This document shows, in pieces, positions 52,201 to 64,000 of a stretch of 64,000 nucleotides of DNA. A program made the position numbers and the translations under genes. Source of the stretch: Amphiscolops sp. MND2022 (Eukaryota). The stretch is from assembly GCA_964187785.1 (NCBI GenBank), contig OZ076409.1:75208001-75272000 (forward strand), in the 5' to 3' direction. Under the pieces are notes generated by a model that saw only the letters and a program-made list of their open reading frames with translations, did not search any database and had not been told where the DNA came from. Every line of letters starts with the position of its first letter. Positions within the stretch are counted from its first letter, which is position 1.

Positions 52201-55200
52201 TTTTTGAAAATTTTTCTAACGGTCCAGCTTATCTTTGCCATTTTTTCAAAAATGCACTCGCCTAAAGGCCTCCCCTGGCCGGTTTTATTCCCAGCAAAAC
52301 CATTTGGCCCTAAATACGGAGTTTCAGCGTTCCAGCATTCCCGGGCGAAAAGTTGTGGGACTTAGAAAAATTTCAAAATTTTTCAAAAATTTTTTTTCCG
52401 TTTTCCGCCCTCCCCCCCGAGGGGAAAAGACCCCCCAACCAGTAATTTGAGTGAATTCATGTGGAAAGGCCATGTTTAGAGGAGAAAAATGCCGTTTAGA
52501 TCGTCTTTTTATTTTAACCTGTCGTTGACTTATGTTGTTTTGAAGGTGATGTTTGGATGTGTGAAGCATGTGAAAAGGTAATTTATTGTGTCTTTAGCTC
52601 TTCTAAAAGCCATTGAGATACAAGGTGTAGCACTCAGAACGTGTTTAATTCTAAATTAGCAATGCATCAACACTTTTTGTGTCTTTGGACTCTGTTAAAA
52701 AAATTTTTCCGACTAAAATCAAAAATTATTTATAATTATTCACATTTTTTTCTGATCTCATGACTCGAAACAGTTGAGTACATTCCATCTCCCTTCCCGG
52801 GGGAGATGAGAATGTACTCTCTAAAGACCAGGTACTACAGTACTTACCTTCCCCGAGCAACGCCCCATAAAAATTGCGTTTTGATCATTCTATTTTGACA
52901 TAATTCTATCTTTGTAATTTGACTGGAAATGAAGAAAATCCGCACGTGCTCTTTTATATCAAGTATCTTAACAACGCCATCTCTTTAACGTCAACGCCCC
53001 ATAGTTCACATCAACGCCCACCGTCCGTGGGCATGCCGAGGCATGCCCTTCGACGACGTATGCCAAAGATATTCCCGAGCGCGTTAGCCTAGGTGCCCGG
53101 ATTTCTATTCATTAAAGTATGTTGCGCGTGTGGGTAGGGCCCCTGGCGCGCTCTTGTGTCCCTGTTCTCATAACTGCAATTTCCGGCAGCATTCTGAGCG
53201 ATTTTCTAAACTATCCATACGATTTGGCTGAAATTTGGCACACGTACCCCCCTCGGCACGGTGAAGATGATTTCCTACTGACGTTTTTCCCGCAAAATTT
53301 TTTTTGTTGTCCAAAATAACGGTTTTTGGGGTAAAATTTTGAACTTTTTTTAAATTTCATCTTATATCTCGCCACGGGTTTACGCTAGCGCTTCAAAACC
53401 CTGCTAAAGAAAGCTTGCAAACTGTCTCAGGAATGCGGTGTGAAATTTTCAGCTCAATTGGACTTAAACTCAGGGAGATATAGCGTTTTTCCGGAGCGGG
53501 GGGGTTTCATTTTTCTAACGGTCCAGCTTATCTTTGCCATTTTTTCGAAAATGCACTCGCCTAAAGGCCTCCCCTGGCCGGTTTTATTCCCAGGAAAACC
53601 ATTTGGCCCTAAATACGGAGTTTCAGCGTTCCAGCATTCCCGGGCGAAAAGTTGTGGGACTTAGAAAAGTTCAAAAGTTTTCAAAAAAATTTTTTTCCGT
53701 TTTCCGCCCTCCCCCCCTAGGGGAAAAGACCCCCCAACCAGTAATTTGAGTGAATTCATGTGGAAAGGCCATGTTTAGAGGAGAAAAATACCGTTTAGAT
53801 CGTCTTTTTATCTTTATTCAACGTTGACTTATGACGTTTTGAAGGTGATGTTTGGAGGTGTGAAGCACGTGAAAAGTAAACGTTATGAGTATTTATCTGA
53901 TCTGAAAGCCATTGAGATGCAACCTGTTTTGCTCAAAATGTAATTCATATCAGTTTGGTAGTCAATCAACACCCTTTGTTGTCATTTGACATCTTTTTTT
54001 GTTGATATAAGAAAAAATTTTGTGTATTTATTCATTTTTTTCTCATCAAATAACTTGAAACAGTTGAGTACATTCCATCCCCCCTTCACGGGGGAGATGA
54101 GAATGTACTCGCAAAAAGCCCCGAACTACGGCCCTTACCTTCCCGAGCTACGCAGTATAAGGATTACATATTGGTTACGACATTTTCATAGAGTTAAATC
54201 TTGGTAATCTGTCTGGATATGCAGAAAAACCAGCACGTGCTTTTTTATACCAAGTTGCTCACAACGACATTTATTTTATATCAACGCCCCCATATTTATC
54301 AACGCCCCCCGTCCGTGGGCATGCCGAGGCATGCCCTTCGACGACGTATACCAAGATATACTTCGAGCGCGTTAGCCTAGGTGCCGGGATTTCCATTCGA
54401 TAAGGAATTCTGCGCGTGTGGGTAGGGCCCCTGGCGCGCTCCTGTGTTTTCGGTTTTCCTACTCCTAAATAGACCCCCTGAATTCCGGGATCTCCCAAAC
54501 TATCCATACGATTTGGCTGAAATTTGGCACACGTACCCCCCTCGGCACGGTGAAGATGATTTCCTACTGACGTTTTTCCCGCTAAACATTTTTTGTTGAC
54601 CAAAATAACGGTTTTTGGGGTAAAATTTTGAACTTTTTTTAAATTTCATCTTATATCTCGCCACGGGTACACGCTAGCGCTTCCAAACCTTGCTGACGAA
54701 AGTTTGCAAACTGTCTCAGGAATGCTGTGTGAAATTTTCAGCTCAATCGGACTTAAACTCGAGGAGATATAGCGTTTTCCCGGAGCGGGGGGGTTTCAAT
54801 TTTCTAACGGTCCAGCTTATCTTTGCCATTTTTTCGAAAATGCACTCGCCTAAAGGCCTCCCCTGGCCGGTTTTATTCCCAACAAAACCATTTGGCCCTA
54901 AATACGGAGTTTCAGCGTTCCAGCATTCCCGGGCGAAAAGTTGTGGGACTTAGAAAAGTTCAAAAATTTTCAAAAAAAAATTTTTCCGTTATTTGGGCCC
55001 TCAAAGTGGGGGAAAAGACCCCCCAACCAGTAAAGCAAGTGAATGCATGTGGAAAGCCCTTGTTTAGACGAGAAAAATGCCGTCTAGAACGTCTTTTTAT
55101 CTTAACTTGACATTGACTTTTGTCGTTTTGAAGGTGACCGTTAGATACGGAAAATTGATGTTTTGAGTATTTATCCCATCTGAAAGCCATTGAGATACAA

Positions 55201-58200
55201 CATGTTTTGCTCAAAACGTGTTTCATTGCAGTTTCGCTGTCCATTATCACCCTTTGGTGTCTTTTCACGTAATTTTCGTTTCTATAATAACAATTTTTTT
55301 GTGTATTTATTCATTTTATTCTCATCAAATAACTTGAAACAGTTGAGTACATTCCATCTCCCTTCCCGGGGGAGATGAGAATGTACTCGCTAAAGGTCAG
55401 GAACTACGGTCTATATCTTCCACAACACAAATGGGATTGCAAATGGTTTCAGTTTGTCGCAGAAAACTTCTTTTTGCCCTCTGTGACTCGACAAAATGAA
55501 CGTTTCTTACTTACTTTGAAACTCAGCATACCACAACTCATCTCTAACGTCAGCGCCCCCCTACTTGCATCAACGCCCACCGTCCGTGGGCATGCCGAGG
55601 CATGCCCTTCGACGACGTATACCAAGATATACCTGGAGCGCGGTAGCCGCTAGGTGCCGGGATTTCCATTCGATAAGGAATTCTGCGCGTGTGGGTAGGG
55701 CCCCTGGCGCGCTCCTGTGTTTTCGGTTTTCCTACTCCTAAATAGACCCCCTGAATTCCGGGATCTCCCAAACTATCCATACGATTTGGCTGAAATTTGG
55801 CACACGTACCCCCCTCGGCACGGTGAAGATGATTTCCTACTGACGTTTTTCCCGCTAAACATTTTTTGTTGACCAAAATAACGGTTTTTGGGGTAAAATT
55901 TTGAACTTTTTTTAAATTTCATCCTATATCTCGCCACGGGTACACGCTAGCGCTTCCAAACCTTGCTGACGAAAGTTTGCAAACTGTCTCAGGAATGCTG
56001 TGTGAAATTTTCAGCTCAATCGGACTTAAACTCGAGGAGATATAGCGTTTTCCCGGAGCGGGGGGGTTTCAATTTTCTAACGGTCCAGCTTATCTTTGCC
56101 ATTTTTTCGAAAATGCACTCGCCTAAAGGCCTCCCCTGGCCGGTTTTATTCCCAACAAAACCATTTGGCCCTAAATACGGAGTTTCAGCGTTCCAGCATT
56201 CCCGGGCGAAAAGTTGTGGGACTTAGAAAAGTTCAAAAATTTTCAAAAAAAAATTTTTCCGTTATTTGGGCCCTCAAAGTGGGGGAAAAGACCCCCCAAC
56301 CAGTAAAGCAAGTGAATGCATGTGGAAAGCCCTTGTTTAGACGAGAAAAATGCCGTCTAGAACGTCTTTTTATCTTAACTTGACATTGACTTTTGTCGTT
56401 TTGAAGGTGACCGTTAGATACGGAAAATTGATGTTTTGAGTATTTATCCCATCTGAAAGCCATTGAGATACAACATGTTTTGCTCAAAACGTGTTTCATT
56501 GCAGTTTCGCTGTCCATTATCACCCTTTGGTGTCTTTTCACGTAATTTTCGTTTCTATAATAACAATTTTTTTGTGTATTTATTCATTTTATTCTCATCA
56601 AATAACTTGAAACAGTTGAGTACATTCCATCTCCCTTCCCGGGGGAGATGAGAATGTACTCGCTAAAGGTCAGGAACTACGGTCTATATCTTCCACAACA
56701 CAAATGGGATTGCAAATGGTTTCAGTTTGTCGCAGAAAACTTCTTTTTGCCCTCTGTGACTCGACAAAATGAACGTTTCTTACTTACTTTGAAACTCAGC
56801 ATACCACAACTCATCTCTAACGTCAGCGCCCCCCTACTTGCATCAACGCCCACCGTCCGTGGGCATGCCGAGGCATGCCCTTCGACGACGTATACCAAGA
56901 TATACCTGGAGCGCGGTAGCCGCTAGGTGCCGGGATTTCTATTCGATAAAGTATGTGGCGCGCCTTGGGTAGGGTCCCTTGCGCGCTTTTGGGTATGGTG
57001 TTCACCAGCTAGGAAATAGGGGTCGATTTTTCGGGATCTCCTAAACTAGCCACACGATTTGGCTGAAATTTGGCACACGTACTCCCCTCGGCACGGTGAA
57101 GATGATTTCCTACTGACGTTTTTCCCGCAAAATTTTTTTTGTTGTCCAAAATAACGGTTTTTGGGGTAAAATTTTGAATTTTTTTTAAATTTTATCTTAT
57201 ATCTCGCCACGGGTTTACGCTAGCGCTTCAAAACCCTGCTAAAGAAAGCTTGCAAACTGTCGCAGGAATGCGGTGTGAAATTTTCAGCTCAATCGGACTC
57301 AAACTCAGGGAGATATAGCGTTTTTCCGGAGCGGGGGGGTTTCATTTTTCTAACGGTCCAGCTTATCGTTGCCATTTTTCGAAAATGTACTCGCCTAAAG
57401 ACCTCCCCTGGCCGGTTTTATTCCCAGCAAAACCATTTGGCCCTAAATACGGAGTTTCAGCGTTCCAGCATTCCCGGGCGAAAAGTTGTGGGACTTAGAA
57501 AAGTTCAAAAATTTTCAAAAAATTTTTTTCCGTTATTTGGGCCCCCAAAGTGGGGGAAAAGACCCCCCAACCAGTAAGGCAAGTGAATGCATGTGCAAAG
57601 CCCTTGTTTAGAGGAGAAAAATGCCGTTTAGAACGTCTTTTTATCTTGGCTCAACGTTGACTTATGACGTTTTGAAGGTGATGTTTGGAGGTGTGAAGCA
57701 CGTGAATAGTAAACGTTATGAGTATTTATCTGATCTGAAAGCCATTGAGATGCAATATGGTTTGCTCAAAACGTAATTCATGGCAGTTTGGCAATCAATC
57801 AACACCCTTTGTTGTCGTTTGACATACTTTTTTGTTGTTATAATAAAAAATTTTGTGTATTTATTCATTTTTTTCTCATCAAATAACTTGAAACAGTTGA
57901 GTACATTCCATCCCCCCCTTCCGGGGGAGATGAGAATGTACTCGCAAAAAGCACCGAACTACGGCCCTTACCTTCCCGAGCTACGCAGTATAAGGATTAC
58001 ATATTGGTTCCGACATTTTCATAGAGTTAAATCTTGGTAATCTGTCTGGATATGCAGAAAACCAGCACGTGCTTTTTTATACCAAGTTGCTTACAACGAC
58101 AATTATTTTATATCAACGCCCCCATATTTATCAACGCCCCCCGTCCGTGGGCATGCCGAGGCATGCCCTTCGACGACGTATACCAAGATATACGTCGAGC

Positions 58201-60764
58201 GCGTTAGCCTAGGTGGCCGTGTCTTTTCGACGTGCTTTTGCATTGAGGAGTGGGTAGGGCCCCGCGACGACCTAGAAGAATTGGATGCTCACCGAAACGT
58301 GCAGAATTCTACGAGATCTCATAGTTTGAGCCATACGATTTTTCTGAAATTTGGCATGTGGCCTGGAATTGGTGAGTAGGTAAAACGTGTAGGAGGTGAT
58401 TTTTCCCAAATTCCACTGTGAGACGAGATATGGGCAAATAACGGTCCCAAAAATGGCAAAAATGCACTTTTTTCAAGTTTGTCAGCCCATATCTCGTTCC
58501 CAGGTGCCCGGAGCGGGACGCGTTAAGCTGATTATAAACTCTAGGGTGCTGAGGCTGTACGGTGAACTTGGGCCCGTTCCGATCCGACTTGTAGTCTTGG
58601 AGAAATAACGGTATTTTTGGGGAACCTTTTCTAACGGTCCAGCTTATCTTTGCCATTTTTTCGAAAATGTACTCGCCTAAAGGCCTCCCCCTGGCCGAAT
58701 TTACTCCCAGCAAAACCATTTGGCCCTAAATACGGAGTTTCAGCGTTCCAGCATTCCCGGGCGAAAAGTTGTGGGACTTGGAAAATTTTCAAAAATTTTC
58801 AAAAAATTTTTTTTTCGTTTTCCGGGCCCCCAATGAAGGGGAAACGACCCCCCAACCAGTATTTTGAGTGAATTCATGTGGAAAGCCCTTGTTTTGACGA
58901 GAAAAATACCGTTTAGAACATCTTTTTATCTTGACTCAACGTTGACTTATGACGTTTTGAATGTGATGTAAGGATGTAGGAGGCATGTGATAAGTTGATG
59001 TTTTGAGTCTTTATCTCATATGAAAGCGGTTGAGATGCAAGCTGTCCTGCTCAAAACGTCTTTCGTTGTAATTTTCCAGTGCACCAATACCCTTTGGTGT
59101 CATATAAACATACTTTTTGTCGATATATTAACAATTTTAATGTATTTATTCCAATTTTTATTATCTTATAACTCAAAACAGTTGAGTACATTTCATCTCC
59201 CTTTCGGGGGAGATGAGAATGTACTCGCTAAAGACCTAGCGCCATGACCAAAAGTTTGAAACCCACGTTTTTTATCTTCTTACAGACTTGTTTTTGTATT
59301 TTTTCGGAATTTTTTAAAAATTAATATACTTGAAATACATTACTTGACTTTACTACTACAACCCACCTCCAACGACAACGCCCCCCTGCTTGCATCAACG
59401 CCCACCGTCCGTGGGCATGCCGAGGCATGCCCTTCGACGACGTATGCCAAATGCCCAGTGCCACGCAGTCATTATCGCTAGGTGGCCGGAAATTTTTTTT
59501 TTCAGCAAAATCTTTGCCATTGGGGGAGGGGCCCCGGATGGCCAGTAGTACGGCATAGCTCCCTACGGAATCCAGGCGGAAAAAACGTGATTTTGGAAAC
59601 TAGCCGTCAGAATTTGCTCAAATTTTGCATACGGCTTCCTATAACAATCCTAAGAACTAATCCCTACTGGCATTTTGCCCAAAAAACGCAAAAAGTTGGT
59701 CAAAATCTTAGTTTTTTGGTCAAAAAATGGCGTTTTTTCGAAAAAAATTTTTTTCAGAGACAATTACTCGTAACTGGTTCACCCAGCGCAAAAACGCCTA
59801 GCTGATTTATTGTTGGGCACTTCATGAGGAGTGCGTATACAAACTTTCGTCCAAATCGGATGAAAGTTGATTGAGAAATAACAGAAAATTTGAGGCATTT
59901 TTTTGGAAATTTTTGAAATCCCAGTCTATCTCTGCCGTTTTTTGCCCAGATTTTTTTCCAGACACTCTCCTAAAGACCTCCCCTGGCCGGTTTACCTCCC
60001 AGCAAAACCATTTGGCCCTAAATACGGAGTTTCAGCGTTCTAGCATTCCCGGGCGAAAAGTTGTGGGACTTAGAAAAAATTTTTGGAAACGCAAAATGTG
60101 TAAAGTCAACTTCAGGCCTCCCAAAGTCAAGAAACTTCCACACAACTAGTATTGCAAGTGAATGCATGTAGAAAGTACTCGAATAGACAAGGAAAATGGG
60201 CTATAGAACGACTCTGTAGCTTAACTTGACGTTGACTTATGACATTTTGAGTGTGAGCGTCCTATAGGATTTTAATGTCAAAAATGAGATTTTGTAAGTC
60301 ATGAGTCATCAAAAACTCATCGGAATACGTTCAATCATCCCCATAGCTGTTCAATCACCGTTGCTTAGTAGAGCAACGCCATTATATGTCTTTGGACCCA
60401 TTTTAAAAATTTTCCTTACCGTCTTATTCGTCCGATATCACGAAACAGTTGAGTACATTCCATCTTCCCCCTTGTGGGGGAGATGAGAATGTACTCGCCA
60501 AAGACCTGATACAATGACCCATATTGGTTTTTATTTGACTTTTCTCACAATATTGCACACGGATAGCTGTGTTTGGTAAAAGTTTTCCTTTGCACCATGT
60601 CTCCAGAAGCAAAACCACTTCTTTAGCTTACTACTTCTACTCAAACATCACTAACGTCAACGCCACATACTGGCATCAACGCCCACCGTCTGTGGGCATG
60701 CCGAGGCATGCCCTTCGACGACGTATGCCAAATAGCGCCGCAGGGCGCCCCCAATTTCCGCTAG
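40225..60764 (+). mobile_element. Cassettes 21-36 (sixteen 1.27-1.31-kb units)
   Basis: Starts at 40225, 41511, 42822, 44094, 45362, 46650, 47921, 49211, 50498, 51783, 53093, 54381, 55654, 56927, 58213 and 59482. Near-identical pairs are 24/12, 28/14 and 33/32. Confidence 0.65.
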
Positions 60765-62742
60765 GTGCGGGGGGGTAACCCCAACTTTTTTCTTGGAGGA
60801 ATCGGGTAGGGTCCTGATTCCGAGTTCAGTGCCGCCAGCTATCGTTAAAAACCTATACCTTTTAAACCCGATCTCGAGAACTAACCACGCCCCTTCTTTG
60901 ATTTTTTGGCCCCCACTCACTTTTTGATAGTAGATCGCCCCCCACTGGGTTCCAAGTTGGGCAAAAATGGAGGTCAAGGGTAACGGGGACCGTTAAGGGG
61001 TAACTCAGGGGGTAAAATTTATTTTTTGCGTCATATCTTTTCCCCCCGTGGATTTAGCGCTTCCGGTCAGCAGACAAAACCTCATGTACGTGATACGGGG
61101 CCTCCGTAGGTCCAAACAAAATTTTTCTATCATGCACCGTTACGGACTTGCCCCCCCCCGGCCCAACCGTTATTTTGCCGGAAATTGCACTTTTTGACCG
61201 GGAAGGAGTCGTCTGAGCACGGAGTCGTTTGGTAATGTTTTGTAGTGCATCTGGAGACGTGTTGGGGGACATGTAGTTTGCCGGCCCCAGTTTACCCCCC
61301 GGACGGGAAATGACCGTTATGTGAGTTTTAAAATTACCCCCCTTCAATTTTCCCCGTTATTTCCGGTGTGAAGGAGTGGGAGTAGCGCGTCGGGTGCCAT
61401 ATATCAAAAGTAGGTTTAGACAAGGACCAACCGGAAACATGTGGTTTGGGACCCCCTGACCCAACCCGTTAGCCGTTATAAGGGTGATCGCCTCCTTTTT
61501 TTACACTCAAAACCGGAAAACGGGTATTGAGGGGTAAATATCTCGTGAACGCGTGGAGCAATCGTGTCCATCACTACTACAAGGTTTCATACCCATGATA
61601 TGGTGCCTTCAGGGGGGCAAACAGATTACCGCTATCTATCACCGTTACGGACTTGGCCCCCCAGCCCAACCGCTATGTGACCGGAAATGTCACTTTTTGA
61701 GCCCAAAGGGTCGATCGCAGCCTGGGAACGTTAGGTAACTTATTGTAGTACTCATTGAGACGAGTTGGGGGACATAGTTTCAGTCACCCCCCGTTACCCC
61801 TTAGGACCGGAAATGACCGTTTTGTGAGTGAAATTGCAATTTTTATACTTTTTGAAAGGCATTTAGGTGCAGAAGGAGTGGTAATAGGTGCTTGGACACT
61901 ATATAATGATAAGGAGGACGTGAGGCGAGCATTCGAAAAAAACCGTTATGTTGACCCCAAAGTCCCCCTGGTACCGTAAATGACCGGAAATGGTCAAATT
62001 TTGTGTTTAAAGGGTACAAATGTTTGGTGTTTTATGGATAACAGTACCTATTAGGTGTTTCGACGGTATGCAGTTGTGAACATAGTCATGAAACCTTGTG
62101 GGGGGTAACGGTATATAGCACCGGAAGTCCAAAACGTTGGAGACAGGATAAGTTTTTTGGTTTTAAAACGTCTTTCGGCCTACTTTTGTCGACTATTATG
62201 GTCTATTTTTGAAAAATAAAATTTTTCCATATAGTTTCAGAGACTCCGAAACCTCAACCAACATAACCGTTACCTTATGATAGCCTTTCAAGTTGGCCTG
62301 GTGTCAACTTGGAAGGGCTATCCTTCAAAAATCATTAATCAAGTATGTTTTTGAGTATGTTTGTATTACTTTAGAATCAATTAGAGCTTAAAGGAAAGTT
62401 TGCCAACGACAAAAACTATGTCGTGATGATTCCGTTATTAGAATACTTGTTAACAAAGTTTTAAAAACGTTGATTTTTTACATATCAAATGTGTCCTAAA
62501 TGCCAGAAAACCTCTTTACCAAACAAATGGTATTGATTGAATTGTATATAACAGCTAATAAAAGTTCAAACTGAATATTACGTTTCATTTTGGAAGCTGA
62601 AACGTCATTTTATAGTTTCATTAACGTCAACGCCACATACTTTACATCAACGCCCACCGTCCGTAGGCATGCCGAGGCATGCCTTTCGACGACGTATACC
62701 AAATTCCTTTAACACAACACCCCCGAGCGCGGTAGCCGCTAG
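60765..62742 (+). mobile_element. Cassette 37 (1.98-kb family)
   Basis: 1978 bp. Left hairpin at 60798-60821, internal duplication of about 505 bp, hairpin B at 62279, core at 62648. Confidence 0.6.
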
Positions 62743-64000
62743 GTGCGGGGGGGTAACCCCAACTTTTTTCTTGGAGGAATCGGGTAGGGTCCTGATTCCG
62801 AGTTCAGTGCCGCCAGCTATCGTTAAAAACCCATACCTTTTAAACCCGATCTCGGGAACTAACCACGCCCCTTCTTTAATTTTTTGGCCCCCACTCACTT
62901 TTTGAGAGTAGATCGCCCCCCACTGGGTTCCAAGTTGGGCAAAAATGGAGGTCATGGGTAACGGGGACCGTTAAGGGGTAACTCAGGGGGTAAAATTTAT
63001 TTTTTGCGTCATATCTTTTCCCCCCGTGGATTTAGCGCTTCCGGTCAGCAGACAAAACCTCATGTACGTGATAAGGGGCCTCCGTAGGTCCAAACAAAAT
63101 TTTTCTATCATGCACCGTTACGGACTTGCCCCCCCGGCCCAACCGTTATTTTGCCGGAAATTGCCTTTTTTGACAGGAAAGGAGTCGTCTGAGCACGGAG
63201 TCGCTTGGTAATGTTTTGTAGTGCATCTGGAGACGTGTTGGGGGACATGTAGTTTGCCGACCCCAGTTTACCCCTCGGACGGGAAATGACCGTTATGTGA
63301 GTTTTAAAAATGCCCCCCTTCAATTTTCCCCGCAATTTCCGGTGTGAAGGAGTGGGAGTAGGGTGTCGGGTGCCATATATCAAAAGTAGGTTTAGACAAG
63401 GACCAACCGGAAACATGTGGTTTCGGACCCCCTGACCCAACCCGTTAGCCGCTATTAGGGTGATCGCCTCCTTTTTTTGCTGTTAAAACCGGAAAACGGG
63501 CATTGAGGGGTAAATATCTCGTGAACGCGTGGAGCAATCGTGTCCATCACTACTACAAGGTTTCATACCCATGATATGGTGCCTTCAGGGGGGCAAACAG
63601 ATTACCGCTATCTATCACCGTTACCGACTTGGCCCCCCAGCCTAACCGCTATGTGACCGGAAATTGCACTTTTTGAGCCCAAAGGGTCGATCCTAGCCGG
63701 GCAACGATAGGTAACATATTGTAGTACTCATTGAGACGAGTTGGGGGATCTAGTTTCAGTCACCCCCGTTACCCCTTGAGACCGGAAATGACCGTTATGT
63801 GAGTAGAATTGCAATTTTTATACCTTTTGAAGGGCATTTAGAAGCGGAAGGAATGGTAATAGGTGCTTGGACACTATATGATGTAATGGAGGTCGTGAGG
63901 AGAGCATTCGGAAGTAACCGTTACGTTGACCCCAAAGTCCCCCTGGTACCGTTAACAACCGGAAATGGCCAGATTTTGTGTTTGTAGGGTACAAATGTTT
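62743..64000 (+). mobile_element. Cassette 38 (1.98-kb family, truncated by the window end)
   Basis: Closely similar tandem copy of 60765 to about 62020. Confidence 0.6.

Larger units (their letters stand above)
1..64000 (+). repeat. Head-to-tail array of 38 heterogeneous non-coding cassettes joined at CTRGGTG
   Basis: CTAGGTG or CTGGGTG junction 7-mers start at 2695, 5766, 10666, 11699, 13088, 15275, 17461, 18734, 19780, 24680, 25967, 27235, 28527, 29813, 31112, 32399, 33687, 35873, 38051, 40221, 41507, 42818, 44090, 45358, 46646, 47917, 49207, 50494, 51779, 53089, 54377, 55650, 56923, 58209, 59478, 60761 and 62739. All are in the same orientation and each is followed by the same left-end box architecture. 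Confidence 0.93.

Noticed and set aside
24684..60764. Bacterial integron with attC cassettes
   Set aside because: The cassettes carry no ORFs, there are no RYYYAAC/GTTRRRY attC boxes at the junctions, and there is no integrase. The integron comparison is only an analogy.
40225..60764. Ordinary homogeneous 1.3-kb satellite or higher-order repeat
   Set aside because: There is no repeating higher-order period, and divergent families of different lengths are interleaved with breakpoints at one 7-mer.
2614..62694. CRISPR array (palindromic 47-bp repeat, 33 copies)
   Set aside because: The intervals are 1.3-7 kb and homologous to each other rather than unique 30-40-bp spacers, and there are no cas genes.
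3..63987. Short ORFs in the six-frame track, including recurrent ones such as MPFFRKCTRLKASPGRF..., MKFSAQSDLNSGRY... and MAGNFFF...
   Set aside because: All are 167 aa or shorter and recur only because the DNA is repeated. They overlap in several frames, and their ends shift with homopolymer indels between copies. No domain was recognised.
1..64000. Canonical autonomous Helitron, TIR transposon or LTR/LINE element
   Set aside because: There is no RepHel, transposase or RT ORF. Left ends begin GTG rather than TC, and I saw no terminal inverted repeats, variable TSDs, LTRs or poly(A) tails.
1..64000. rDNA, 5S, tRNA, snRNA or histone tandem gene cluster
   Set aside because: I recognised no sequence of these genes in any unit. 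An Rfam/tRNAscan search would be needed to exclude divergent small RNAs.

Overview
This window has no credible protein-coding gene: the longest ORF is 167 aa, and the ORFs are repeat-derived and broken between copies. No rRNA or tRNA was recognised. The whole 64 kb is one polarised, head-to-tail array of 38 non-coding cassettes (two truncated by the window edges). The host is probably a eukaryote, possibly an animal; this is inferred from the absence of genes and the satellite/transposon-like motifs. The cassettes fall into several divergent families of about 1.04, 1.27-1.31, 1.39, 1.98, 2.18, 3.07 and 4.90 kb. All are joined at the same 7-mer CTRGGTG (37 junctions), and near-identical cassettes reappear with different neighbours, with identity ending at that 7-mer. 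Most cassettes have a hairpin about 30-65 bp inside the left end that shows covariation, a set of conserved left-end boxes, and a long subterminal hairpin of one of three unrelated types. 33 of the 37 junctions are preceded by a nearly invariant 47-bp core containing the 20-bp palindrome GGGCATGCCGAGGCATGCCC, which also matches the p53-family consensus at 19 of 20 positions. The best-fitting interpretation (inference) is a self-targeting array of non-autonomous, rolling-circle/HUH-like (Helitron- or Replitron-like) elements that behaves like a eukaryotic cassette array with module shuffling. No mobilising enzyme is encoded in the window. Coordinates were counted by hand and may be off by a few bases.
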